A stretch of 64,000 bases of DNA from Thermodesulfobacteriota bacterium (GTDB lineage: Bacteria > Desulfobacterota_D > UBA1144 > Nemesobacterales > UBA2774). The stretch lies in the NCBI GenBank assembly GCA_965223335.1, contig OZ244991.1:2144001-2208000 (forward strand), given 5' to 3'. Shown one piece after another: positions 8,723-17,617 of the stretch. The notes below the pieces were generated by a model. It ran no database searches, was not told the DNA's origin, and saw nothing but the letters and a program-made list of their open reading frames with translations. The stretch's first letter is position 1; every line of letters starts with the position of its first letter. The position numbers and the translations under genes were made by a program.

Positions 8723-10291
8723 TTAAGGTGACACCGGTGCGTCTTTTAGTTTCTCAAGTACTTGGTCAACCGAGAAGCTTGCAGCTTTTTGCTTCGGGGG
8801 AAATTCCTTTAAAGTGGCTAAAAACTTGGCCACATAATCCTGGGCAGGGATCAGTAAAAATACGTGGTCTAGGTACCAGTCGTAGTAAGTGTTTGAGGTA
8901 AGGTTGGCGCGCTCGTATGGGTCGCGTCTGAGGTTGAAAAGCAGGGGTAAGCGTAGTGGAATAAATGGTTCTGCCCATATGCCCAGTGTCCCTGTTTTGC
9001 GCTGTTCTGCAAAGATCAGTTTCCAGTCCTCGTACCTAAGAGCTGTTAGGTCGCCGTCGTCGGAGAAGTAAAAAATCTCTTGACGGGGGCTTACTTCGGT
9101 CTCGCCTGTAAGTAATGGGAGTGCGTTGTAGCCGTCTAGGTGGACTTTATAACTTTTGCCGTTTAGGGATGTTCCTTTTTTAAGCTGTTCTTTTATGTCG
9201 GGGTTGCCGGCAATTGCTGCAAATGTAGGCAGCCAGTCCATGTGATGCATTATGCCGTTCGATACAGTGCCGGGTTCTATTTTCCCGGGCCAGCGCACAG
9301 CGGCGGGTACGCGCCATCCGCCCTCCCAGTTGGTGTTTTTCTCGCCCCTAAACGGAGTCATAGCAGCGTCGGGCCATGAGTTCATGTGCGGGCCGTTATC
9401 GGTGCTGTAAAATACAATAGTATTATCGGCTATGCCGAGTTCATCGAGTTTTTTAAGGAACTCTCCGATGTGCATGTCGTGCTCGACCATGCCGTCTGAG
9501 TACTCGTCTTGGCCAGAGATGCCCCTTAGTTCGGATTTTACGTGAGTTCGTAGATGCATCCTGGTGCCGTTCCACCATACAAAAAACGGTTTGCCTTCTT
9601 TGTGAGCTTCCTCAATGAACTCTAGCGCACGTTTTACAGTCTCGTCGTCTACGGTCTCCATGCGCTTTTTGGTAAGTGGTCCGGTATCTTCGATTTCCCC
9701 ACCTGCATAGCTGTGAATTACTCCGCGGGGGCCATATTTCTTGCGGAAATCAGGATATTTTTCCGGATCGGGATAGTCGGGGAGCTCGGGCTCTTCCTCT
9801 GCATTCAGATGGTATAGATTGCCGTAGAATTCATCGAATCCATGGTTCGTGGGCAGGTGCTCGTCTTTGTCACCAAGGTGGTTCTTGCCGAACTGGCCAG
9901 TGACATAACCATTGGCTTTCAATACCGTAGCAATAGTCGGGTCTGACTCCTGCATGCCAAGCTCTGCGCCAGGAAGGCCTACCTTGCTAAGCCCTGTACG
10001 GATCACACTCTGGCCGGTAATAAACGATGCTCGCCCGGCTGTACAGCTTTGCTCGCCGTAGTAGTCGGTAAAAATCATCCCTTCACTAGCTATGCGGTCT
10101 ATATTCGGAGTGCGATAACCCATTAGTCCACGTGAATTAAAGCTTACGTTAGTCATGCCGATATCATCGCCCCAAACAACTAAAATATTAGGTTTTTTGT
10201 TGTTTTCCTCCTCTTCCTGGGCTTTGAGATCGGGTAAATATACGATCATGAAAAGTGTAATAGAAAACACAACAAACAATACTTTCCTCAT
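8723..10291 (-). CDS. Cys-type arylsulfatase (S1 family), exported
   Basis: KPNILVVWGDDIG, SCTAGRASFITG (CxAxR), GKNHLG, STDNG; signal peptide; GAGGAGG RBS. Confidence 0.95.
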   Translation of the reverse strand: MRKVLFVVFSITLFMIVYLPDLKAQEEEENNKKPNILVVWGDDIGMTNVSFNSRGLMGYRTPNIDRIASEGMIFTDYYGEQSCTAGRASFITGQSVIRTGLSKVGLPGAELGMQESDPTIATVLKANGYVTGQFGKNHLGDKDEHLPTNHGFDEFYGNLYHLNAEEEPELPDYPDPEKYPDFRKKYGPRGVIHSYAGGEIEDTGPLTKKRMETVDDETVKRALEFIEEAHKEGKPFFVWWNGTRMHLRTHVKSELRGISGQDEYSDGMVEHDMHIGEFLKKLDELGIADNTIVFYSTDNGPHMNSWPDAAMTPFRGEKNTNWEGGWRVPAAVRWPGKIEPGTVSNGIMHHMDWLPTFAAIAGNPDIKEQLKKGTSLNGKSYKVHLDGYNALPLLTGETEVSPRQEIFYFSDDGDLTALRYEDWKLIFAEQRKTGTLGIWAEPFIPLRLPLLFNLRRDPYERANLTSNTYYDWYLDHVFLLIPAQDYVAKFLATLKEFPPKQKAASFSVDQVLEKLKDAPVSP

Positions 10292-10359
10292 TTCTAAAAC
10301 CTCCTCGACTAATTATTTATGTGCATCTAAGACTTAACTTGATTTCATTAATACATTGA

Positions 10360-11454
10360 TCATAACCAAAATGAGTAGAAAAGAACAAGTATAAGCATAA
10401 TCGGATATACAATCCGGGACCATTTGATGATTTTTTTAAGAGACTGATCCTCGTTGCGTTTTACCATATTTGTGGTTTTAACGGTTTGGAGAAGGCTGGC
10501 GAAAACCAAGATAGTGGAGAGAATGATAAACTTGTCCATCCGCGTAAGGTAAGAGACACGGGGCAATAAAAAGGTCATAGCAAAATAGTAGGCCACCAAA
10601 GTTAAGAACGCAGTGGCGGCTATCCCGAGATTGGAACCGATTTCCTTTTGATCGGTCCATAGTGGGACCCAAGACATCATTACTATAAGACAAAGGGGGA
10701 TGATCATCTTGGCCAAGTAGTAGAGCACGCGTCGTCCCACTTCGATCTCCATTTGGAACCCTGCTGTGCCAATCTCGCCTTCAAAGGGTGTGTAGGGCAT
10801 TGGTACTGCTTTCCACGATAGGATCTCAAAATCCGGAAGTGAGAACTTGCTGGCAATACCCGATCTCCTGCCGGCATCTCTGGTGAGAGGCACCAGTTTT
10901 ACTTCGTCCTCAAGCAGACCGGCTGTGACATAGTGGATGATAAGTTTCTGTCGGTCTAGGGGGAAATCGCGTAGATCAAAAGGTTGTGAGAATGTACCCC
11001 ATGACTTCTGTCTATAGAGGACTTCGCCGTCTGGGAATATCTCTACGGTTTCGGGGAAAGTATGCCATGATTTCTGCTCGTTCACGATAACTAAATGCGG
11101 CGTCCAGACCTCAGTAGAGGGTTTGATAATGGGCCCCGAGCCCGGGTGTTTTAAAGACGCGTCGTTCCATCGGACCTCGACATATACGCTGGCGGCAAAA
11201 TTTTGTTCGGCGGAATCGACCTCATCAACATCTAATATATAGAGCAAGTACCTGAGTTCAGTTGGTTCTCCCGAGACAGTGGGACGATCCAAACGAGATT
11301 TGGAGTGTGTGGATAAGTCAGATTGCCGAGCCTCGAGTGTAGATGATTGCGTTACACTGTACTCATCATCCGATTGGCCCAGTGAGTGTGATGGTATGAA
11401 TATGAAGATTATCAATATGCTATAGATTATATGGGTCATCATTTGTCCATACAT
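10360..11454 (-). CDS. Prokaryotic pentameric ligand-gated ion channel (GLIC/ELIC-like)
   Basis: Signal peptide; WTPHLVIVN loop A; FDLRDFPLDRQ Pro-loop; four C-terminal TM helices including LPRVSYLTRMDKF. Confidence 0.9.
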   Translation of the reverse strand: MYGQMMTHIIYSILIIFIFIPSHSLGQSDDEYSVTQSSTLEARQSDLSTHSKSRLDRPTVSGEPTELRYLLYILDVDEVDSAEQNFAASVYVEVRWNDASLKHPGSGPIIKPSTEVWTPHLVIVNEQKSWHTFPETVEIFPDGEVLYRQKSWGTFSQPFDLRDFPLDRQKLIIHYVTAGLLEDEVKLVPLTRDAGRRSGIASKFSLPDFEILSWKAVPMPYTPFEGEIGTAGFQMEIEVGRRVLYYLAKMIIPLCLIVMMSWVPLWTDQKEIGSNLGIAATAFLTLVAYYFAMTFLLPRVSYLTRMDKFIILSTILVFASLLQTVKTTNMVKRNEDQSLKKIIKWSRIVYPIMLILVLFYSFWL

Positions 11455-11456
11455 CT

Positions 11457-12554
11457 TTATTTGATGTCCTTAACACACCTGAATCCCGAGTGAGAGAGAC
11501 CGGTGTCGGGGCTTGCTTTTTGCCTGAATGCCACTCTGTAGCCCGAGCAATAGGACTCGTTACAAAGGAATGAACCCCCTCTTTGCACCTTTTTTGTTGC
11601 GTATGGTTCCGCTGGATCAAAACTGTCCTCAGGGCCCTTGGGATTCACCACCCCTTCGGGCTTATTGCTAGTCTCGTAATAGTCATTTCTGTACCAATCA
11701 CCGGCCCATTCCCACACATTGCCCGCAATATCGTAAAGCCCATAGTTGTTGGGCGGGAAGGATTTGACAGGAGCTGTTACCTTAAAGCCGTCTGTACCAT
11801 TGTTAACATTGGGAAACTTTCCCTGCCAGGTGTTGGCTTTAGGTTTGCCATCGTCAATGTCTTCCGAGCCCCATGAGTAGGGCTTTTGATCCAGCCCTCC
11901 CCTTGCTGCCCACTCCCATTCTGCCTCGGTCGGTAATCTTTTGTGTGCCCATGTGCAGTACTCGTTGGCATCTAGCCACGATATGTGAACTGCGGGGTGG
12001 TTGTCCAGGCCCTCTATGCTGCTTCGGGGGCCGAGTGGGTGTTTCCAGCTGGCTCCGGGGACCCATGTCCACCAATTTGCTATATTATTTAGCGGCACCT
12101 CGTGACTGGGTGGGCTAAATACCAATGAGCCGGGCACAAGAGCGCTATCGAGGGGTTTGGGTGTGCCTTCGGGCAACTGTTTTTTGAGATCTTCCCAGTT
12201 GGGTTTTTGCTCGGCGGTGGTTTTATATTGGGACTTAGTAGTGAATTCTCTGAATTGGGCGTTTGTGACCTCGGTCTCGTCCATCCAGAACCCGTCTAGT
12301 ATTACCCTGTGTCGTGGGAGCTCGTCGGGACGCTTGAGCTCGTCATCACCTCCCATCATGTAGTCGGCGGGTGGAATCAACACCATGCCCTTCGTAGGCC
12401 CTTCGCCCTTTTTAATACTAATTATTGTATCAGATTGGGTTTGTGATTGTTCTACTTTTGCGTCACTCTCTTTGTCATCCTTGTTGCACGATATTAGAAC
12501 AGTGTTTAAGCCCAATAGTGCTATCGAAAGTATCAGAAATCTTTGTATGTCCAT
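11457..12554 (-). CDS. Formylglycine-generating enzyme (SUMF1/FGE), lipoprotein
   Basis: RLPTEAEWE, FPPNNYGLYDIAGNVWEW, RGGSFLCNESYCSGYR, SHSGFRC; lipobox VLISC; ATG at 12554 preferred over the TTG at 12626. Confidence 0.92.
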   Translation of the reverse strand: MDIQRFLILSIALLGLNTVLISCNKDDKESDAKVEQSQTQSDTIISIKKGEGPTKGMVLIPPADYMMGGDDELKRPDELPRHRVILDGFWMDETEVTNAQFREFTTKSQYKTTAEQKPNWEDLKKQLPEGTPKPLDSALVPGSLVFSPPSHEVPLNNIANWWTWVPGASWKHPLGPRSSIEGLDNHPAVHISWLDANEYCTWAHKRLPTEAEWEWAARGGLDQKPYSWGSEDIDDGKPKANTWQGKFPNVNNGTDGFKVTAPVKSFPPNNYGLYDIAGNVWEWAGDWYRNDYYETSNKPEGVVNPKGPEDSFDPAEPYATKKVQRGGSFLCNESYCSGYRVAFRQKASPDTGLSHSGFRCVKDIK

Positions 12555-12578
12555 AAAAATGTTTGTGTCCAGAATATG

Positions 12579-12682
12579 TAGGAGGGGTTGTCTAGAGGTA
12601 GATGGATTCGAGAGCAGAGGGAACAAATTATTAACTGTAAGAGATCAGTATCAATTGTCGGTCTAGAATTTCACCCATCCTA
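12579..12682 (-). promoter_or_regulatory. Conserved 5' leader element, copy B (upstream of FGE operon)
   Basis: Ungapped homologue of 4912-5015. Confidence 0.7.
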
Positions 12683-12698
12683 AGCTTGTGTTGGGTTG

Positions 12699-12727
12699 AA
12701 AATAACAAACTGGTTATTAGAAGTCAA
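12699..12727 (-). promoter_or_regulatory. Sigma70-type promoter of FGE-pLGIC-sulfatase operon
   Basis: TTGACT-17 bp-TATTTT with TG extension; shares TTCTTGAC and TTTGTTATTTTCA with 5041-5074. Confidence 0.7.
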
Positions 12728-12804
12728 GAATTCTGTGATTAGAGAAAAGCATTGCGATAATATGCATCGTAGCCATCAATTCTTAATGTTGTGAATATCT
12801 GTAG

Positions 12805-13428
12805 TCATTGTCTCATATTTCGTATTATTGGCTCTTTTGTCCGAAAGTGGACTTGATTGTGATTATTTATTTGATTGACACTTTCTTTTGAACTTGTTTG
12901 GTTTTTTATTACAACTTTCCATACCTTCTCAGGTGGATCTACCTGATTATTTAGGTCTCTTCTTATAGTTTGTAGTATATCGACCAGTTCTCTTTCAGTT
13001 AATTGGAGTTCTCCCATCAATTGAGTACTTAACTGAACGTATTGAGTATAATTCTTTTTTGTATGTTGGTTTGTAACAACATTGTCGATATTCGAGGTTT
13101 GGGGAGACCCGGAGTGGTTGAAACCCATAATTGCCGCCGAGGTTATTGCGGCACCCTTGTTGTTCCCATTATTCTGAGGTTTGTGGGTGCTCGTTTGCAT
13201 TTGTGTCTGCATTACCTGACCACCGACAAATATTCTCGTTGTATGTTTGTTTTCCTGCTGATACGTTGGGTTTAAGTCCGTCTGATGTTTAACACTATGA
13301 TTAATTTCCTGCATCTCTTGGTTGAGGCTCATTATCTGGTGAGCGTCTTCACTATGGACCGAATTGATACTTAGTGTTGTGAGAATAAGAAGGCCAGTTA
13401 CAAATAACGTTTTATTGAAACTGATCAT
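12805..13428 (-). CDS. Exported hypothetical protein, Gln/Asn/Thr-rich
   Basis: 207-aa ORF with AGGAG RBS and signal peptide; no recognised domain. Confidence 0.65.
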   Translation of the reverse strand: MISFNKTLFVTGLLILTTLSINSVHSEDAHQIMSLNQEMQEINHSVKHQTDLNPTYQQENKHTTRIFVGGQVMQTQMQTSTHKPQNNGNNKGAAITSAAIMGFNHSGSPQTSNIDNVVTNQHTKKNYTQYVQLSTQLMGELQLTERELVDILQTIRRDLNNQVDPPEKVWKVVIKNQTSSKESVNQINNHNQVHFRTKEPIIRNMRQ

Positions 13429-13514
13429 CTATGCACTCCTTGTTTCGGATTTGTTATATAAGTAACAGCTTGGCAATAAATGGTTCAATGCATCAATAGA
13501 TTAGGAGAGTTGTT

Positions 13515-14336
13515 TTACTTACTGCAGAAGTTGTTGATGAACTCGGCGGCGTCTTGGTCGCCAAGTTCAGAGGCCTTGGTGAGATCTGTACAGCCCTCGG
13601 TCTTTTGATCGCTAAGATACTTGGCAATCCCCCTGAAATAAAATGCCTCGGTGTAGTCGGGGCTAAGCTCAATGGCTTTGTTGAAGTCCGTAATGGCTGC
13701 TTTGTGGTCTCCCAGTTCGAATCGGGCCGAGCCCCGGCCGTAATAGGCTTGGGCTTGATTTGGGTCTAGCTCAATCCCCTTGTTAAAGTCCTGTATGGCC
13801 CCAATTTCGTTATCCATTCTGAATTTAGCAGCTGCCCGTTTGTTATAGGACATGGCAAAGGAGGGTTCCAGCTCTATGGTCTTGGAATAGTCGGCTATGG
13901 CACCTTGGTAGTCCCCAAGTGCGTCTTTGGATACCCCGCGGTTGTAGTAAGCCTCGTAGAACCCGGGGAATATCTCCAGAGCCTTGGTGAAATCCTCGAT
14001 AGCACCCTTATGGTCACCCAGCTCGTCTTTGGCTAGTCCCCTGCCGGCGTAGGGACCGGGGACATCGGGCTTGAGTTCAATGGACTTGGTGAAGTCTTCT
14101 ACAGCACCCGCATTATCGCCCAGAGCATTTTTGGCGAGCGCCCTGCCGCTATAGACCCTGGAGTTCTCGGGATCTGCCTTTACTGCCTTGTCCGAGTATT
14201 CCAGTGCCTTTTGGTAATCGCCTGTGTTCATGGCATCAGCAGCCGTTTTCATATGTTCATCGGCGGTTTGGGCGTGGGCAGGGGTAAATAGGTAAAATGA
14301 GATCAATAATGAAGCGAGTAAGGTTCTCATTATCAT
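13515..14336 (-). CDS. Exported TPR-repeat protein
   Basis: Repeated AYYNRG/DFTKAIEL units; signal peptide ending AHA-Q; ATG at 14336. Confidence 0.9.
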   Translation of the reverse strand: MIMRTLLASLLISFYLFTPAHAQTADEHMKTAADAMNTGDYQKALEYSDKAVKADPENSRVYSGRALAKNALGDNAGAVEDFTKSIELKPDVPGPYAGRGLAKDELGDHKGAIEDFTKALEIFPGFYEAYYNRGVSKDALGDYQGAIADYSKTIELEPSFAMSYNKRAAAKFRMDNEIGAIQDFNKGIELDPNQAQAYYGRGSARFELGDHKAAITDFNKAIELSPDYTEAFYFRGIAKYLSDQKTEGCTDLTKASELGDQDAAEFINNFCSK

Positions 14337-14396
14337 GACTATAAATACTATTTGGTGATCTGGGAATAGCAACAGTTTTATTGTTAGACGGGATGG

Positions 14397-15317
14397 TTAT
14401 TTGCAGACCTGTTTTATCAGTTCGCCTGCCGTGGCTTCGCCCAGATCGCGGGCTTGGGCAAGGTCGCTGCACCCCTTGTTTTGGTCGCCGGTGAGCAGAT
14501 AGCTAAGCCCCCTGTTCAAGTATGCGGTTGGGTTGTTGGGAACTAGCTCAATAGACTTGGTTAGATCTTGGATGCCGCCTTGGTAGTCTTGGAGCTGTAC
14601 TTTTGCAGTTCCTCTATTAACGTATGCTGGAAAGAATTTGGGGTTAAGCTCCAGTGCCTTGCTGTAATCCTCTATAGCGCCCCGGAAATCCTTTAGTTCG
14701 TCCCTTGCAAGTCCCCTGTTGTAGTAGGCATCTATGTAGGTGGGATTTATTTCTATGGCATTGGTATAGTCCTCGATGGCACCCTTGTAATCTTGTAGTT
14801 GGGATTTTACAGACCCCCTGTTGTAGAAGGCTGTGGTGTATTGGGGGTTTAGCTCAATGGCCTTGGAATAATCCGAAACGGCACCTTTATAGTCACCTAA
14901 GGCGGACTTGGTATAGGCCCGGTTGTAGTAGCCCTTGTCGAATTTAGGATTGATCTCCAGTGATTTACTGTAGTCCTCTAGCGCTTTGTTGGTATTGCCG
15001 AGGTTTAAGTAGGTAGTGCCTCGAAATGAGTATGACTCAAAGTCCTTGGGGTTAAGCTCAACGGCTTTTGTATATGCAGTAAGTGCCCCCTTCAGATCCC
15101 CTAAATTGTATTTAGCAGTGCCTTTGGTGCGGTAGGCATCTGAGGAAGATGGGTTAAGCTCAATGGCCTGCTCGGAGTATGTCAGGGCTTCTGAGTATTT
15201 GCCCGCGTTGACAGCGTCGGAAGCTAACTTTAGGTATTCCTCGGCGGTTTGGGCGTGGGATGTACTGATGAAGCAAATGACAGCAAGCAACGAGTAAAGT
15301 GCAATCCTGATAGTCAT
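14397..15317 (-). CDS. Exported TPR-repeat protein
   Basis: TPR units; signal peptide ending SHA-Q; paralogue of the neighbouring gene. Confidence 0.9.
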   Translation of the reverse strand: MTIRIALYSLLAVICFISTSHAQTAEEYLKLASDAVNAGKYSEALTYSEQAIELNPSSSDAYRTKGTAKYNLGDLKGALTAYTKAVELNPKDFESYSFRGTTYLNLGNTNKALEDYSKSLEINPKFDKGYYNRAYTKSALGDYKGAVSDYSKAIELNPQYTTAFYNRGSVKSQLQDYKGAIEDYTNAIEINPTYIDAYYNRGLARDELKDFRGAIEDYSKALELNPKFFPAYVNRGTAKVQLQDYQGGIQDLTKSIELVPNNPTAYLNRGLSYLLTGDQNKGCSDLAQARDLGEATAGELIKQVCK

Positions 15318-15360
15318 GAGTATTAATACTATTTAGTGAAGTGGGAAATGCAATAGGATG

Positions 15361-16686
15361 TTAATTGCAGTGTTCTTTGATTAAGTCGTAGGCCTCGTGA
15401 TACCCTAACTCGCCGGCTTTGGAGAGGTCGATGCAGCCTTCTTCTTTGTTGCCAATCAAGATTTTGGCTTTGCCTCTGTTGTAATAAGCTTCTGAGTCTT
15501 TTGGATGGAGTTCAATAACTTTTGTGAAATCTAGAATTGCCCCTTTAGGATTATTCAGCTCGATCTTTGCTAATCCCCTAAAGTAGTAAGCTTCAATGTA
15601 GGTTGGATCATATTTAATAGCTTTTGAGAAATCGTATCTAGCACCTCTGAAGTCATCTAGAAGACCTTTGCATAATCCCCTGTTATAGAAATTTTTCGGT
15701 TCTTTTGGTTCATACTTGATTGCCTTTGTATAATCTCGAATAGCCCCTGTATAATTGCCTAATTCGTGTTTAGAGACCCCTCTTGCTGAATAATTATCGA
15801 CGTTCTTAGGGTCGATTTTTAATGAAATTGTGTGATCTTGAACGGCACCTTCAAAATCACCTAAATAATATTTAGATTTCCCTCTTTCGTAGTATGCTAG
15901 GCAATCTTTGGGGTTAAGCTCAATGGTTTTGCTAAGGTCGGTAATGGAATCTTTGTAAAGTTTTGAGTCTGTTTTACATACACCCCTTGTGTAATAGTAC
16001 GAGTGATCATCTGGATCAATTTCAATGGCTTTATCTAAATCGGATAAAGCTCTTTTTAAACTGCCACTATCCCACTTAGCTAATGCCCTTTTATAATAGA
16101 GAAAAGAGTTGTTTTTATCTAACTTGATCGCGCTAGTGTAGTCTCTAATTGCACCTTTATAGTCTTTTAGTTCAACTTTCGCCATAGCTCTGTATAGGTA
16201 GGCATCAAAATAATCCTCGTCAATCTCAATACAGGTGGAATAATCTTGGATAGCCCCTTTATAATCATGCTGTTCAGATTTTATGTAAGCTCGATGTTGG
16301 TAGGGCATTAAGTAATCTGGATCGAGCTCAATGGCTCTATTGAAATCTTCAATAGCTTTTTTGTATTGAGAGGAAAATGATTTTGCTACTCCCCTATTAT
16401 AAAAATACACAGGTTCTGCGGAATCGAGAGCAATCGCTTTGTTAAAGTCAATGATAGAACCTCGTAGATTATCTGATTTGCCTTTCATGAGTCCTCTACG
16501 GGCATATGCATCGGCATAATTCCGGTCGAGACGTATGGCTTTTGTGAAATCCTCAATTGCCCCTTCATAATCTCCATTAGCACCTTTATGAGATGCTCGA
16601 TCATAATATACAGTTGGGTCATTGGGGTTGAGTTCAACAGCCGCATTTAATTCCTTCAAGTCCTTTTTGTAATTTTCTGATGTCAT
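15361..16686 (-). CDS. TPR-repeat protein (about 12 repeats, no signal peptide)
   Basis: 34-aa periodic TPR motifs; same C-terminal GCxDLxKAxELG cap as the other two. Confidence 0.9.
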   Translation of the reverse strand: MTSENYKKDLKELNAAVELNPNDPTVYYDRASHKGANGDYEGAIEDFTKAIRLDRNYADAYARRGLMKGKSDNLRGSIIDFNKAIALDSAEPVYFYNRGVAKSFSSQYKKAIEDFNRAIELDPDYLMPYQHRAYIKSEQHDYKGAIQDYSTCIEIDEDYFDAYLYRAMAKVELKDYKGAIRDYTSAIKLDKNNSFLYYKRALAKWDSGSLKRALSDLDKAIEIDPDDHSYYYTRGVCKTDSKLYKDSITDLSKTIELNPKDCLAYYERGKSKYYLGDFEGAVQDHTISLKIDPKNVDNYSARGVSKHELGNYTGAIRDYTKAIKYEPKEPKNFYNRGLCKGLLDDFRGARYDFSKAIKYDPTYIEAYYFRGLAKIELNNPKGAILDFTKVIELHPKDSEAYYNRGKAKILIGNKEEGCIDLSKAGELGYHEAYDLIKEHCN

Positions 16687-16809
16687 ATGCTTTGCCCTGC
16701 ATTATAAATAAGTAATTAAGTAAATATTAACATCGAAATTGCTTGTGTGTTCACAACATAGAAATTAAGTTATAGGATATGATTAGCGTGTTAAATGAGG
16801 AGAAGAGAG

Positions 16810-17154
16810 ATGGCGTATGATGAGAAGTTGGCGGAGAGGCTAAGGAAGCTGTTCAAGGGCGATGAGTCACTCGTCGAAAAGAAGATGTTTGGCGGGCTTG
16901 CGTACTTAAAGAAGGACCATATGTGCTTTGGGGTGATAGACGACAAGGTCGTGGTCCGTGTGGGTCCCGATGCTTATGAATCCTCACTGGCCGAGCCCCA
17001 TACGACCCCTATGGATTTTACAGGCAGGCCAATGAAGGGCTATGTCTATGTGTTGGCCCAGGGCATAAAAACCGAAAAGCAGCTAAAGGACTGGGTAATG
17101 AAGGGTGTCAGGTTCACAGAGACTCTACCCCCTAAAAAGAAGAAGAAAAAGTAA
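16810..17154 (+). CDS. TfoX/Sxy N-terminal domain protein
   Basis: MAYDEKLAERLR, EKKMFGG, MDFTGRPMKGYVYV. Confidence 0.9.
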   Translation: MAYDEKLAERLRKLFKGDESLVEKKMFGGLAYLKKDHMCFGVIDDKVVVRVGPDAYESSLAEPHTTPMDFTGRPMKGYVYVLAQGIKTEKQLKDWVMKGVRFTETLPPKKKKKK

Positions 17155-17160
17155 GCCTAG

Positions 17161-17598
17161 CTACCTTCCAATTATAATAGAGTTGCAGTCCACAAGTTCG
17201 GCTTTGCCCGATGCGTTTTTGATTCTGCCCCCGCAGTTAACCCGTTCTTTTATCTTTTTATCCACATCGCAGCGGCAGGTGCTGGTGACCTCGGGGCACC
17301 GGACCGTGACGATCTCCATCTCGGACAGTCCCCGCCAGCGGTACTTGCCCTGGCAGTATTGGATGGGTTTAACGGGTTCGGGTTTTGCAATGGGCTCGGG
17401 CTCCGTTGGTTCTTCTTTGGGCTTTTGGGGCGTGGGTTCTGCAACCTCGGGAGGAGGTTCCACGGCTTCTACCGGGGGTTTAGCGTCTGACTGCTGTTCC
17501 GGCGCTGCGGAGTCTTGGGCAAGTGAAGTATTGGTCATGAAACCAAAGAGTAGTGCCGCTACAAATACTGTGCATATTGCGATTGATCGTATCATCAT
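17161..17598 (-). CDS. Exported Pro/Glu-rich protein with six-Cys C-terminal domain
   Basis: Signal peptide; PE/PK-rich linker; six Cys; AAGGAG RBS. Confidence 0.7.
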   Translation of the reverse strand: MMIRSIAICTVFVAALLFGFMTNTSLAQDSAAPEQQSDAKPPVEAVEPPPEVAEPTPQKPKEEPTEPEPIAKPEPVKPIQYCQGKYRWRGLSEMEIVTVRCPEVTSTCRCDVDKKIKERVNCGGRIKNASGKAELVDCNSIIIGR

Positions 17599-17617
17599 GA
17601 GAAAATCTCCTTTTTGA

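Noticed and set aside
12555..12626. N-terminal extension of FGE from TTG 12626
   Set aside because: Falls within the conserved leader; ATG 12554 gives a normal lipoprotein signal.
13515..16686. Periodic DNA repeats as a CRISPR-like array
   Set aside because: The 102-nt periodicity is explained by TPR coding; there are no invariant repeats with unique spacers and no cas genes.
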